Below are positions 24,125 to 37,779 of a DNA stretch of 64,000 nucleotides, in pieces (position 1 is the first letter of the stretch; each line of letters starts with the position of its first letter). The DNA comes from Cetorhinus maximus (Eukaryota). The notes under the pieces are model-generated. The model was not told where the DNA came from. It saw only the letters and a list, made by a program, of their open reading frames with translations, and made no database searches. The stretch covers positions 172,980,001 to 173,044,000 of the forward strand of contig NC_135880.1 in NCBI RefSeq assembly GCF_964194155.1, in the 5' to 3' direction. The position numbers and the translations under genes were made by a program.

Positions 24125-25360
24125 CCCAGATTTTCAGACCCCATGCGGTACCTGCACCTATTGGGAACAGGGTGGCTGAAACAGGAAATTTGTCTACCCT
24201 CCTTATTCCTACGTTTGTGAAATGGAAACATGCAGTCCCTGCATATTCATGGTCTCCATTTATGTGCAGCCACACCGCCCTGCGCACTCCAGGAGAGAGC
24301 TCCAGGTAGCCCCTATAGGTGTCGCCCCTATAAGAGTGAAGATGCAGAAATGCACTGCAGGTCCTTGAATAATTGGTTTTGGCCACTCACGGAGAAACTA
24401 TGTCGCTGTTAAGAAAGAGGGCTCCCAGATTCAGCAACGCTGTCCTGGAAACACCCAGCTGGGAGGCTGAATCTGGGAAGGAAGCCATCTTCCTGACAAT
24501 GGATAAATATTGCTCCATAGTGACCCTGAGAGGAGGGTGGGAATAGGTCATGATGGTAGTCAATGCCCAGAGTGTGGCACCACGGACCAGGCGGCAGTGC
24601 TGGGGGAAATGTAAAGATCTCGCTCAGGTGCTCAAAGTGAGTGAATGTATCTGCACATCACATCTCAGGCACACCACATCATCTACCTCTCAGACTGCTC
24701 AATGCCCCACACCCCCATCACTCAACCAGTGCAACACCCTGACGCTTCTAACATCCTTACAGTGCATCCCCCCTTGCACCACATCTCACCTATATGCAGC
24801 TTCAAAGCATACCAGCCACACACACACCTCTCACTCCCTTCATTAACCTCCAACTATTCAGCTATGACAGGCATTATCCAAACATGATGACTCACAGACA
24901 ACACCATTCTGCCCTCTCTCTCTCTCTCTCTTGCAGGAGAAAATGCCAGAGGACTGAGGAGGCCCAGATTGCGTCCATCCCCTCAGCATCCTGGAGGAAA
25001 TGGTCCTAAGAATCATATGGCCAGCAGTGCCACGGAGCCAGTGGCATCCACTGCAGCATCCTGGACGATGATAAGTTGCTGTCTGATGCACCTTCTCCGC
25101 TAATTCCTAACCCTCATCCCGGACATTATCATGGAATGGAAACTGCAGATTGAATGACCACGGATCTCTTGATTTCCTATTCCATCGACCTGTACCCCTC
25201 CCCTCCCCCATGCTCTGTACTTACAGTTATCGAGGAACTGCCAGCTGCTCAGCCCCTCCAGAAGCAAGTCAAGAGGCAAGAGGAGGGAGAAGAAACGCTG
25301 TCAGTTGGCCGAACACTCATCGCCACCAGCTCAGATATTGGCACTGCGCGTAACTTTAGA
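24125..25360 (+). pseudogene. Harbinger relic carrying only the Myb/SANT-like gene (three exon remnants)
   Basis: RAPRFSNAVLE...VNAQSVAPRTRRQCWGKCKDL..LK followed by donor gtgagt; acceptors ctcttgcag (~24937) and ttacag (~25226). Truncated by the LINE at ~25365. Confidence 0.7.
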
Positions 25361-25364
25361 GTTT

Positions 25365-26960
25365 CTTTTCTTTCAAGGGACTTGGGCATTACTGGCTAGG
25401 CCAGCATTTATTACCCATCCCCCATTACCATTGAGAAGATGGTAGTGAGCCGTGTTCTTGAACCTCTGCAGTCCATACAGTGTAGGCAAACCCACAGTGC
25501 TGTTAGGGAAGGAGTACCAGGATTTTGGCCCAGCAACAATGAAGGATCAGTGATATATTTCCAAGTCAGGGTGGTGTGTGGCTTGGAGGGGAAATTTCAG
25601 GTGGTGGCATCCCCATGCATCTGCTGCCCTTGTCCTTCTAGGTGGCAGTGGGCTTGGGTTTGGAAGGTGCTGTCGAAGGAGCTTTGGTGACTTGTTGCAA
25701 TGCATCTTATAGGTGGTACACACTGCTGCTACTGTATGTCGGCGGTGGAGAGAGTGAGTGTTGAAGGTAGTTGATGGGGAGCCAATCAAACAGGTTGCTT
25801 TGTCCTAGATGGTGTCAAGCTTCTTGAGTGTTGTTGGAGCTGCAGGCAAGTGGGGAGTATTCCATCACACACCTGACTTGTGCCTTGTAGATGGTGGACA
25901 GGCTTTGGGGAGTCAGGAGGTGAGTTACTCATCACAGAATTCCTAGTCTCTGACCTGCTCTAGTGCTCTTGGAGCCACAGTGTTAGGCTAGTCCAGTTCA
26001 GTTTCAATGGTAATTCCCAGGATGTTGATAAATAGGGGATTCAGCAATGTTAATGTCATTGAATGTCAAAGGGAGATGGTTGGACTCTCTCTCTTGTTGG
26101 AGATGGTCATTGCCTGGAAGTTCTGTGGCACAAATGTTACTTGCCATTTATGAGCCCAACCTGAATGTTGTCAAGATCTTGCTGCATATGGGCACACACT
26201 GTTCCAGTATCTGAGGAGTTGGAGATTGTGCTGAACATTGTTCAATCATCTGCAAATGTCCCCACTTTTAATCTATGATGGAGGACCTTCCATAAAGCAG
26301 CTGAAGATGTTTGGGCCCAGGACACTACCCTGAGGAACTCCTGCAGTGATGTCCTGGGACGGAGATGATTGGCCTCCAACAACAACCGTTATGACTGAGC
26401 AGTTGGTAAAGCTGAGTTATTTAAAAAAAACCCAGGGGGAATCTTTAAACAACTGTCCTAACCTATCATTTTAAGTGTTATGTTTGAGATGCAACTCTAA
26501 ATTCAGGAACCAGTTCCCGAGAGGTTTTATATTAAGCTAATTGAAACATTTTATTAATTTACACGAGTTAAGTATATACAAAAGGCTACAAATTACAACG
26601 ATCAGAACTTTTTAACAAATTCCCAAACTAACCCCCATTAAGGCAATAGCAATCCATAGATTTAACCAAACACCAGGCAAAGCATTTTCACCATACAAAT
26701 TCAAATTGAGGTTCTTTTCACTTTGGTTCCTGTGGAGACAGTTGGAGGCTTACAGCTGCTTTTGATCTCACATTGTCTCTGCTCTACACACACAACACTG
26801 CTGAAGTTATACCTAGCACAGCTCATTGAATGTAAATTCTCACTGTATCACCAGCCACTTTGAACTAAACCTCTCTAACAATAAAACCCCTTTCATAGTG
26901 CCAATTTTATTAATAGCTTCATGACAACAGCCATTTTCCTTTGTGCTAGATATGAGTCTT
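25365..26960 (-). mobile_element. CR1/L2-group LINE 3' portion (family with gggcaataaatgctggcc tail), interrupted by a solo LTR
   Basis: Reverse complement of 35935-36512. GVPQGSVLG motif at ~26315-26340. Confidence 0.85.
26387..26926 (-). mobile_element. Solo LTR, family A, copy 2 (internally deleted)
   Basis: CGTTATGAC...CATGACA with TSD ACAAC/ACAGC. It lacks the roughly 200 bp before the right end that the other copies have. Confidence 0.88.
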
Positions 26961-27229
26961 GTGTAGAATCTAACTGTGGTGAGTTTCTGAGTATGATTGG
27001 GCTGTAGCCTGGATGTGGGGTGCTGGGGGAGAGGATGGGGAGGTGTGGAGGTGGGGTGGGTGGTGGGGGGGTGGGGCCAGGTGACATGTGGTCAGCTCAT
27101 GTGTGGGTAGCATGTTACCACCTCTTTTCAGAATTCTTTTGGTAATGAATAAAGCATTTAAGTTGTGACAGGGTAGTCCTTCTTGATAGCTATTTCCAAA
27201 AAAGGCAAGAGCACTAGAAGTCCAATGGA

Positions 27230-27682
27230 TGCGGACGGGCGAATCGGCCAGGTGGCCTTTGCATTTTTCATCAAGCCTCATCCAAGGGCGGGATGAAATC
27301 TCCGTTATGAAATAAAATAAAAATAAATATTTTGGGACAGCATTTTTATGAGCTATGGTTTCAGGTGCTTGATTGTGATGCATGGACATTTTTTTGCAGC
27401 TTTTTAAACCTTTATTTGATCATTTGAAGGTCTGTTGCTCCTTGAGGCAGCCGTCTGCCTTCAGGGAACTCTCTCGCAGCGCTCACCCGTGCCCATGGTG
27501 ATGTCATCGCCCGCCCTCTTCCCGTTCCCACCCCAGCAGCGCTGAGCTTCTCAGTGCGTGTTTCATGCTGGCTGCCCGTTAATTGGCCAGCCAGCGTGAA
27601 AATCATGGTCGGGGCCCAATCATGGTCGGTTGTTCATTTCCCGGCTGCTCCTGGTGCGCCCACCAAAGGTAAAATTCAAGTC
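27230..27682. mobile_element. Harbinger-derived MITE, partial
   Basis: Contains the family motifs cctcatcc..ggatga and catgctggctgcccgttaattggccagccagcgtg. Confidence 0.8.
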
Positions 27683-28249
27683 TATACCTCTGGTACCCAG
27701 AAGAAAAGACACTCTGACAAGGCTTCTTTCAAAGAAGATCAGAGTGTGTAATTTATTTTAAACAAAACTTCTTTTAACAAGTTGCAAGTACCGGTTAATA
27801 CACAATTGTAATCGGGATATATAACTATCTATCTCTTCCTAAAGAATTGCCCCAACAGACACACACACACACGCACACACATACACACAGACAAACAAGG
27901 GACAAACAGGTAGAGTCTCTCAACAGAGATGAGCTTTGGAGGATGGGCATTATAAAATAAAGGATAGAGTCTGCAGTGTTTCCACACTGTCGAACTGGAG
28001 TTCTCTCGCGTGCTGGTCCCAGTTGATGTCTGGGAGTTCCTACCAACTGTCCAGCTTTGCAGGTCCAGATGCTGACTGGTTACGCTCAGATGAGGGTTCT
28101 TTGTCTACAGTTTGATAGCCACACATATTTTCAGGCAAGGTGGAGAGAGGTAGCCTTCTTTCCTCAGCTTATTCTCCGACAAGCCTGCCTCCAAAAAAAG
28201 CAGGTGCACAATTTAGGTTTTTTTCCCTCTCTCCCCCATGTGATTTTTT

Positions 28250-28609
28250 TTTGATTCATTCATGGAACGTGAGCATCACTAGCTAGGCCAGCATTTATTG
28301 CCCATCCCTAATTGCCTTTGTTCAGAGGGCACTTAACAGTCAACCACATTGCTGTGGGTCTGGAGTCACATGTAGGCCAGACCAGGTAAGCACAGCAGAT
28401 TTCCTTCCCTAAAGGTCATTAGTGAACCAGGTGGGTTTTTTATGACAATCGGCAATGGTTTCATGATCATCATCAGAATTCTAATTCCATCTTTCATTGA
28501 ATTCAAATTGCACCATCTGCCATGGTGGGATTCAAACCCAGTTCCCCGGAGCATTACCGCGGGTCTCTGGAATACCAGCCAGTGACAATACCACTACGCC
28601 ATCGCCTCC
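28250..28609 (-). mobile_element. tRNA-derived SINE with LINE-derived 3' tail
   Basis: A box TGGCGTAGTGG and B box GGTTTGAATCC. The 3' tail aattagggatgggcaataaatgctggcc..catgaatgaat is shared with the LINE copies at 36440-36510 and 63860-63923. Confidence 0.85.
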
Positions 28610-30352
28610 TGTAAATCGATTTCCAGCTAGTTACCAACCTTCCTTTTCAGTTTTCTTTCTCTGTCAATTAAAATGATAGCAGTTTAAAACAAACAACCAG
28701 ATCTCCCTCAAGTAACATAAAGGTCAGGCGATTTCTTGGAAGAGGCCTGCTTTCTGACAGTTCCGAGATGAACTTATGATCTTCTTTTATAAAAAAAATC
28801 CCAGGTTAACATCAGGATGTCCAGATCATGTCGTCCTCTTCCACTTTGTAAAATAAAGCTTCAATCTTGAGAGGTATGATTCTAACAGCGTGTCCTGCTG
28901 TTTGGACAGTTGAGACCACTCGGGAATTTAAGGCAATACTTTGCTTTAAATATTTGATGAATATCCAAAAAGATTTTTAGTCTTTAGCACTGTATTTTAC
29001 TGGATTCTGTATCAGAACTAATGCTAGGCTTTCCATCTTTCTCTAGTCTTTAACGTTGCAATGCGCTTACCCGCTTCTGAATGCATTGCATCTTAATCGG
29101 CTCTTTAATAAACTTGTAAATAAGTTAGTAAAATACAACTTCCCTTGTAGTTTTCTATATGCAAACTTAAGACCTCCTTCTTTGTGTTTCCCAAAAGTGG
29201 AGAAATGCTTTTGCAGAGAGACCCCGCAGACCTTTATGATACCTGGGGAATTATAACCTGGCTGATAATTATTTCAAAGGCTACCTGGAAGAAGTTAATA
29301 TACTCTGACATTATCTTCCCTGAGGGAAAGGTGGTTCACGTGCTCAGACTCATAAACAAGTGTCTGTGGAAAGTGACTATTTTAACTCAAGTGAGGGCCA
29401 TTATTGAGGGAGTGCTCCTAACCTGGGGTAGTCCCCATAAAGGGGTTAGGTTTATAATTCACTTCAGTTGCTGCCATTCAGGTTCAGATCATCACCTCCC
29501 AAGAACCTGTGCAGACAGCAAATTGAGACACATTTGCTAATATGTCACCAGCCGCTGCTCGGAAGGAACTGTTTACCAAGAATGAAAGAATGATGGTGAT
29601 CTTCAGGGGCGCTGTGAACACCATTCGCTGCTTGGAGGCTCCAGCCTTTGTGAAGGGATGGGTGGGTGGGGGTGACACAGCTAAGTCACCATCTCCTTAG
29701 TAACGCAAAGCCTCCTGAGGCACTTCTCCCGGCTTAACAAAGCCTAGGGCTGGTGTTCCCAGAAGACCTTCTCTGGGTTGGGCCTTCTATGGAGATCCCT
29801 CCTTCCCCTCACCCCTCACAGAGCCTCCGGACTCTGTCTCCTCCTCTACATGTCCTGCTCATGTTGGAGAGCAAGTGGCACTGCAACTGACACCCCCAAC
29901 TTCATCAAAGGCTACATCATTTTCTCAGCCTCGCTGTGGTGAGCAGAGAGCTTCCCACTCCACCAACAACTCGCCACAGTGCTTCCACCAATTTTATCTG
30001 AGTGCAAGTAAGTCAAAAGTGCCTCAGCTGCAACTTGTTGAGTGGCCCTTTGAATAGCCGCTGAACAGGGCCCACTTCACTGCCTAACGCCTGTTATTTC
30101 ATGTGTGAATAAGGAAGGTGTCCCTTGCAGATTATTGCCAATTTCACCATTCAGGCATTGCATCAGCTTGTTAATGTCATCGACGTCTTCGAGTGCATTC
30201 AGGGGGTGCAACAGAATGCGCCACTCTGGTCACCTGGTGCTACGTAACCCATGTGAGAAACAGCCAACTGTGCTTCCCTCGCTACAAACATGGAGGTATA
30301 TCTATGTAGTGTAGCTAGAAGCAGTGGTATACATTTAAATTTCACACTCATT

Positions 30353-30997
30353 GGGTGAGAGTTTCCCCTTGTGGGGCGGGCGGGAGCGGCCGTGAAATGG
30401 TCTGCCACCCGCGATCGGGCCCCGACTGCGATTTCACGCTGGCTGGCCAGCGAATGACCAGCAAGCATGAAATGTGCGCTGATAGCCTCAGTGCTGCCGG
30501 GTGGGGGTGGGGACAGGAGAAGTATGAGCGCTGAAGTCTGCGCATGCGTGGGGGGTGCGCTCAGTGAAAGCTCCCTGCAGGCACAGAACTGCCTCAGGGA
30601 GCTGAGGATTTTTAACATGCAAAATAAAGATTTTAAAAATAAGGAGAACATCTCACTACATTGACTCTGGCACATGAACAGGGACATGTGAAAAATTAGT
30701 TTAAAAATGTTTTATTGTTTTTTTAGTCATTGTTGGAAACCTCATCCCACCCGTGGATGAGGTTTTGCAAAAAATGCAAAGGCCGCCTGGCCTATTCACC
30801 CACCCACCAACTGTAAGGATGGACGGGGAGCGAAAAGTTTAATTAAATTAATTGATTAATGGGGCTTAATAGCCCTCTTAATTATTGGCGGCTGTGCTGC
30901 TGACTCTCGCCCGCGCACACCGACCGAAATATCGCGTACCATTTCACAATTGTGCGTGTCGGGCGTGCACCTACATGCCGAGCTGAAAATCCTGCCC
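30353..30997. mobile_element. Harbinger-derived MITE, full length
   Basis: Termini gggtgagagtttccc / gaaaatcctgccc. Closely similar to 55468-56167. Confidence 0.88.
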
Positions 30998-31576
30998 AGA
31001 GACCTTGTTGGGCTCAAGAAACCTGCTGGAAAACTATGGAATAGAGTGCTTATGTAGGTCTAAAAGTGAAGACACTGTGTGCCAAGCACACACCTGAGGA
31101 GCAGTGTTGCATGGGGGAAGGGCACTAGGACCTTGACAATGTGCCTTTTGTTCCTTCCTGCCAGCACAATTCTCACTCATAGCAGCTTGACTGGGAGACA
31201 CTCAAACCTGAATTGCATTTGTCAAAATTGTAAGCAATTATTACATTAAAAGAGCAATTGTATTTCATTTGTGCACAGCAAGGTCACACAGAAAGCAATG
31301 TTATACTGGGGTTGATTGAGGAATAAATGTTTCCACAGTCGGTCTGGTTAGGAGGCGGATGCAGCCAGTGCTTGTTTTTCCATAGAAACGCCAAAGTTTC
31401 TTCCCTGCTTCCATACAAATAATAAATACGTCACCCATGTATCTGTAGGAAACATAGACTGGAGTGAGAAAGTACTTGTTACTATAGAAGCAGATTGAAT
31501 TATGTTCGCTGAATGACAGTGCAAACTCAACCAGGGCAGTAAACTATGCAGTGAGTGACAAAGTAAGCCAAATATA

Positions 31577-32854
31577 GGCCGAGATATTCCGCCCTCGTTG
31601 GCGTCGGGCATCACGGCGGGCACGTGCGGACAATATGGCGGGAAGGCCAAAAATCAGTTTCACGCCGTAGTGAAACCAGTTTGGGATTTTCCAATCCGCC
31701 CGGCAATGGCTGGGCCGCGTTCCTACTGCCACATGCCGGGAACGTCATTTTAATAAATCTGCATCTAATTATAAATCCTGCTCGCTGGACTCATCCCCCC
31801 CATGCTGGATCAGCTGGGCTGACGTCTTTCACGACTGTACATAAGTGACGTGCACCTGAGAAGCTGCACCTCGCTCGGGACTTCGAGGTTTGTTTGCACA
31901 CCTTGCTTCGGGCAGCACTCACGGTCATCAACGCCAGGCTTCCCAGGCAGCACCACATCGCTTTTAGGGGGGGCTCACGGGCAGGTCTCTACCTCCCAGA
32001 CCAGGCATGCGGTGGGAGGGTGGGTGGCTTTTCAATGGCTGCAGGGCTAGGGCTTGCCTATGGAAGGGGGAGAAGAGGTGTCAGGCAAAGGAAGAGGCTG
32101 CAGGGTGAGGGTTGTACTGAGGAAGAAGGGTATCACAGAGTGTGTGTGGGGAAACATGTTGATCTATACAAGTGGCCTCAAGATAGTGAGGGCTGAGCAG
32201 GCAGTCTCTAGGGGTGATGAGGCCGGATGGTGATGTGAGGGTGTGTGTGAGAGAGTGAGTGGTGATGTCTCTTGAGTTGGCAGTGAGTGAGATGCCTGTG
32301 AGTGTGTGATGGCCTTGTGAGTGTGTGAGTTTAGAGTGGTGGCATGGATGAGATCATTCATCTGTTTTCTGCACTGAATGTCTGACCTCTTGTGCACAGC
32401 ATTAGCACTGACCACCTCTGCCATTGCCTCCCAAGCTAGAATGGTACCACTGATGGGCTTCCTGTGGCCAGAGCCGGGGTACAGGACATCGCGGTGGGAC
32501 CCCGCGGTATCCAAAAGGTGTTCCAGGGACGCATCGTTGAACCTAGGAGCTGCATTCTTCTTGGTTTTTGGGGCCATGTTTTTAGCGGTGCCCTCCTGGG
32601 CTGCAAGCATTGAGAAGAGTGCGCACAGCTGCAGCTTAAATATGGTGTCCTGCGTGAGGAAGTGATGAGGTAACGGCGTGGCAGGTGAATCGGAGGCCGC
32701 CCACCAGCGAGACGGCGTGTTTCCTGTGGCTGCGTAATTAATGAGGCGGGAATGGGATGATACGGTGCGAAAACCCACCATTGCGGCCAGTGGGTAAAAT
32801 GTCCTTTTTCCCACCCGCTACCGCACTTAGTGCAACTCTGGGATGATTCTACCG
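31577..32854 (+). mobile_element. Internally deleted Harbinger of the H1 lineage, retaining Myb exon 1 but no transposase
   Basis: The left arm is homologous to 9825-10200 (ggacaatatggcg, caatggc.gggccgcgtt). The right arm is homologous to 13750-14372 (cacttagtgcaa). Confidence 0.85.
32337..32577 (-). pseudogene. Myb/SANT-like domain exon of the Harbinger derivative (open frame)
   Basis: MAPKTKKNAAPRFNDASLEHLLD...AWEAMAEVVSANAVHKRSDIQCRKQMNDL within ORF 32164-32814. Confidence 0.85.
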
Positions 32855-33813
32855 TGTCAAATAGACAGGGAAGGTCCTAAGTGACCTAACCTGCTATCCA
32901 GGATAAAACAAAACTTAGTTCAAATACTGGACATTGAATCAGTGTACCAGTGGAAGTAATAGAAAGGTTTGCTAACAACAGATAGAAAGATCCGGTCTTA
33001 CATCTGTCCACTCCAACAAGTGAAAGAGGACATTATTTTGGATGCCAGTACAAAAAATTGACTCATTAGCCCAGAGTTTGTGGTCAGTGGTGAAATAAGA
33101 GCACTCAACACTGACCCCAAAGTAAGCCCCTATTGCCATGCATTGGTATCTACTGCAGATTTCCAATGTGGAGCTGGAGTGATCTTATCAGGCTGATGAA
33201 GCAGCGAATCACATTAGAGGATTTTCACAGACATCCACGCGGGAAACAAAAATCAGTAAAATGAAATCAGCATAAGTAATTTCCACAGGGAAAATTAAAG
33301 TTTGGAGCATGCACATGGGGTGAATATCCAAACTAAAAGTATTCTGAAAAAACTTAAACAAAATTGTTTTCAAAATCTATAAATTAAACATGTAACAATG
33401 CTCCATGAATACAGAATTACAGAATCTTTTCAGGACCAGTTCTGTTGTTCATCAAATGTTATCAACCACATCGCGGTTAAAAACCCTGTTACACCTGATG
33501 GAATAAGGTGTCATTTCTTAGGGAATTTCTAATCGTGATGTGGGAGCTGGAGAGGTGAAGTTCCCACTGATTTCAATGCTTGCTGGCTCTGGGAAGGGGG
33601 GGAATTTACAGCACAATGTCGGCATGCTGAGTGGCAGACTGCAACACCAGGATATTTGCACCATCCTGTGCATGTCTGATATCTAGAGGGGGTCATAGCG
33701 GTGAACATACTCATCCCACTAGCACCGCTCCTTGACTGGCAATGTCCAAGCCATTAACCTTATACCTGTTCTAAATGCTACAGCACGTATACACCCACCA
33801 CTTAAAATACCTA

Positions 33814-34310
33814 GGCCTGAATTTTTCAGTCGTTGGGCACGCGCGATCGGCAGGCCCGGGAGCGGCCAGGAAATGGACCCCCGACCGCGATTTTCACGCT
33901 GGCCGGCCAATTAATGGGCAGCCAGCGTGAAACGTGCGCTGAAAAGCTCAGCGCTGCCAGGGTGGGGGGGGCGGGAAGAGGACAGGCGATGTTGTCACCG
34001 CGGGGGCGGGTGAGCGCAGCAAGAGAACTCCCTGAAGGCAGGACAGCTGCCTCAGGGAGCTGCAAATAATGAAATAAAGTTCTAAAAAGCTGCCAAGAAA
34101 TGTCCACGTAGCACAATCAAGCACCTGAAAGCGCAGCTCGTAAAAATGCTGCCCCCCCAGATATTTCATTTTACTTTTTCCTAACGGAGATTTCATCCCG
34201 CCCTTGGAGGAGATTTGATGAAAAATGTAAAGGCCGCCTGGCCGATTCGCCCATCCGCTGACCGTAAGGTTGGGTGGGCCACAAAAAAATCGCAGAAAAT
34301 TGCGCTGTTA
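33814..34310. mobile_element. Harbinger-derived MITE, truncated
   Basis: Terminus ggcctgaattttt and family palindrome cacgctggccggccaattaatgggcagccagcgtg. Confidence 0.82.
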
Positions 34311-35934
34311 ATGCTTAAAACAGGCAGTCACAAAAGATCAGCCAAAAAGCATTAACTTTTAACCATATGTTTCGATTAATTACAATTTTCAAGTTGCCAG
34401 TCTTTTCTGTTTACTTTGTGGGCTTGCTCACTACGAGTACCTCACGAAGGTTTATCTTTCCTTAAATCCATCTTCAGTATCCAGTCCTTACTTTCAGTTT
34501 GACATGCTCTGGAGTGTGTCACTCTGATCTTTCTGCCTGATTCACGTTCATGCACATTATACATCACCATTCGTTGACACTGAAAAGGCCGTGGCATTTT
34601 TCTGCAGAAGTCCTTCCAGTTTCTCTTCCTCCAGTCTTCATTAGTTTTGCTTCGTGGCTTTCCTTCCACATCTGCTTCAGCTTGTTCTTTTCATAAGGTT
34701 GACATTTCCACATTTCATATCTGGACAAAACCCGTCAGCATAGCGCTGATGCTGACATCCTTTCTGCATCTGTTGAGGAGGCTAAAAGCCAGAGAGCAGT
34801 GGGCAGCTCATTACAGAGAGAGAGAAAATCAACTTCCTTCAGGCCTTATTTTAGCCATCGCGTGTAGCAGGGAAATTGCGCTTGCACAGACATGCCCACT
34901 ACATGGGACTAATTTGGACAGGAAAGAGCCGGCATAGGCACAATGGGCTGAATGGCCTCCTTGGATGTTGTAAGGCTTGATTTTTTTTTAAAAAAGTGGT
35001 GGGAACTAGATCTGAAAGTGTATATAAGTAAACCTTGCAGCCAGCATTTCTGAACTTGAGTGAATTGAAACTAAAAATTTGACTGAAAGGCCTCATTTTA
35101 CCAACAGCCTCATATAACTTGGTACAAAAAAGAAAGGGGCATTTTAGTAAGTCAGTCACATCTGAGTATTAAGGCTTAGGGGTATCTACACTGCTTTATC
35201 ATTGGACCTGCCCAGCAAGCAGTGGGTCGGAGCCAAGTGAGCCAATGGGAACGCCCGAGACTCTGGGTGGCCAGGAGTCCCTTGGGAGAGGTGGGCACTG
35301 CTGCTGCAGGTGGGGGGACATGATGATGCCTCAAGATGGAGCATCCTCTGATGACCTCAAAAAAGTAAACTATGGCCTCAGCTACCAGGCTACCATTGTG
35401 GCACCCATCACACTAGTGGGGGGCAGGTTGGGCGGGCGGGGGGGGGGGGTGGAATTATAGAAGGGCCCATTGGCCCTCAACTTGTCATGGGGCAGCCATT
35501 CCAGTCACCTGCTAGGCTTCAGTCTCAGCAGGGGGGCCCTTCCACTGCCAGTAAGATCCTGGTGCGACACCAATTACCCCCCAAGTGGGCACTTAATTGC
35601 TCCTAATTAGCTACCCATAACTGCCCAACAGGTACCTAATGCCTCTTTCACCCCACCTCTGGCTCAGAGGCAGGAACGTGATGGTGAGCCACCCTGCCAC
35701 AGAACTTTCTCAAACTCCATGCCACCTCCAAAGATGCCTCCGAGTAGTTGATAGGATTCTGCCATTCCTACTCACCCCTGCTGTCATAACTCCTGCAACA
35801 AGCAAGAAATCAGAGAAGATCCCACAGCTAAAAAAAAGTCCCTGGAAAATGCATCTCTGCTTTGATGATCCTAAAAAAAATCCGAGTAGAAACATGCCTC
35901 ATTTGTGTCTTTCCTTATTCGTTGATGCTAACTG

Positions 35935-36512
35935 CCTGTGGCGAGTAACTCACCTCCTGACTCCCCAAAGCCTGTCCATCATCTACAAGGCACAAGTCAG
36001 GAGTGTGATGGAATACTCCCCACTTGCCTGGATGAGTGCAGCTCCCACAACAGTCAAGAAGCTTGACACCATCCAGGACAAAGCAGGCCACTTGGTTAGC
36101 ACCACATCCACAAACATTCACTCCCTCCACCACTGAAACACAGTAGCAGCAGTGTGTACCATCTACAAGATGCACTGCAGGAATTCACCAACACTCTTTT
36201 GACAGCACCTTCCAAACCTATGACCACTACCATCTAGAAGGTCAAGGGAAGCAGACACATGGGAACACTACCACCTGGAAGTTCCCCTCAAAGCCATCCT
36301 GACTTGGAAATATATCGCAGTTCCTTCATCGTCACTGGGTCAAAATCCTGGAACTCCCTCCATAAAAGCACTGTGGGTGTACCTACACACTAAGTGGACT
36401 TCAGCGGTTCAGGAAGGCAGCTCACCACCACCTTCTCAAGGGTAATTAGGAATGGGCAATAAATGCTGGCCAAGGCAGTGAAGCCCACATCCCATGAATG
36501 AATTGAAAAAAA
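35935..36512 (+). mobile_element. CR1/L2-group LINE 3' end
   Basis: RVTHLLTPQSLSIIYKAQVRSVMEYSPLAWMSAAPTTVKKLDTIQDKA, followed by the 3' tail. Confidence 0.88.
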
Positions 36513-36514
36513 GA

Positions 36515-36812
36515 ACCTAGAGAACTAGGGTTGTGTCTCAGATAAACAATTGGCCATTTGGGACTGAAATGAGAAGAAATTTCTTCATTCAAAGGAATGC
36601 GAATCTTTGGAATTCTCTACCCCTTAGAGCTTTGGATGCTCACTATTCAAGGTAGAAGTCAACAGATTTTTTTAATATATTGAGTGAATCAAATGATATG
36701 GAGGGTATGCAGGAAAGTGGAACTGAGGTAAAGGTTCAGCCATGCTCTTACTGAATAGTGGAGCAGGCTAGAAAGTCGAATGGTTGACTCTTGCTCCTAT
36801 TTCTTATGCAAC
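36515..36812 (+). mobile_element. CR1/HER1-like LINE 3' end
   Basis: actagggt...gagaagaaatttcttc...ggaattctctaccc...cagccatg tail. Confidence 0.75.
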
Positions 36813-37779
36813 TCTTTTCTGTGGAATAAATTGGAAGAGAATACAATTTTGAATAAAACCATATGGCAAACTATGATAATGAAGCATGGAGCTCCATCTA
36901 GCTTTATAAATGTTCAACTTTTCTCATATGACACTGTTTCCCTTCAGTCTCAGTACATTGCCCACCTGTAATGCTGCATATGTTGCTAGATTTCGGTATA
37001 ATGCTGACCAGTATAATGTTGACTAGATCAAAGAGCTTTACCTAATTTCAGCCAGCCCTTGAGCTAAATTTGATTTAGTTGTGTAAACTGGCTATAAATC
37101 AAAATCTAAATCTGTTTTTCCATTGTCTTTGTTAAGGTTGAATTTGCTTTTGAGTTTAGACTAATTTAAATTATAGTGCTGTCCGTAGAAGTTGCAAATG
37201 TAATCTTCTGCAGAAAATTGAAAACCGTCACATTTGCAAAGCTCCTGTTTTGGTGTCAAAATACCCATTGAAAACGGCAAGTAAAGCACATTGGATAAGA
37301 TTTCTAATTGTGTTTCCTCAATTACCATTTTCAGGGATGTGCGGGTCAGTGGCTACCTCTATTGAAAGCTAATGAAGATTGTACATTTAATGAAACAATT
37401 TGCCCACTGTTATACTGAGGAATAAAAACAGAAATCTTGTAATTCCAGCTATCTGCTAGATATGATAAGGACTTCAGAGAATTATAATTGGCAGAAATAG
37501 CTGATTGTTTTATAAATTTTCCAAGCCTAGTTTACATTGTCTAGATAAATCCCTGCCATCTGACTGCAGCAGGTATCCCCTTTGAATACAAGATGACTCC
37601 CACTGTTGTATCACTTTGTATGGCAGATCCTGGGGTGGATAAGGAATTGTTTTTCATGCTCGTAGACAGGGACGTCATTATTAATGGTTAGTGGTTCTGC
37701 CTGCAGTTCAGCCACTAGTGGAGGACCAGAGATTAGCATTAAAACCCTTTGTATTTTCCAAGATTTATTTAAGATCTGA

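Noticed and set aside
22187-26926. Full-length LTR retrotransposon bounded by the LTRs at 22187 and 26387
   Set aside because: Each LTR has its own TSD, and the intervening DNA has no PBS, gag or pol. They are independent solo LTRs.
27010-27080. G-rich tracts as functional G-quadruplexes (also ~10250-10290 and 42750-42790)
   Set aside because: Such tracts are common in and near these repeats, and nothing in the sequence supports a function.
28520-28609. tRNA gene
   Set aside because: A and B boxes are present, but they form the head of a SINE with a LINE-derived tail, and I could not fold a complete cloverleaf.
35639-36136. 165-aa ORF as a novel protein
   Set aside because: Chance fusion of upstream sequence with a LINE ORF2 C-terminal fragment.
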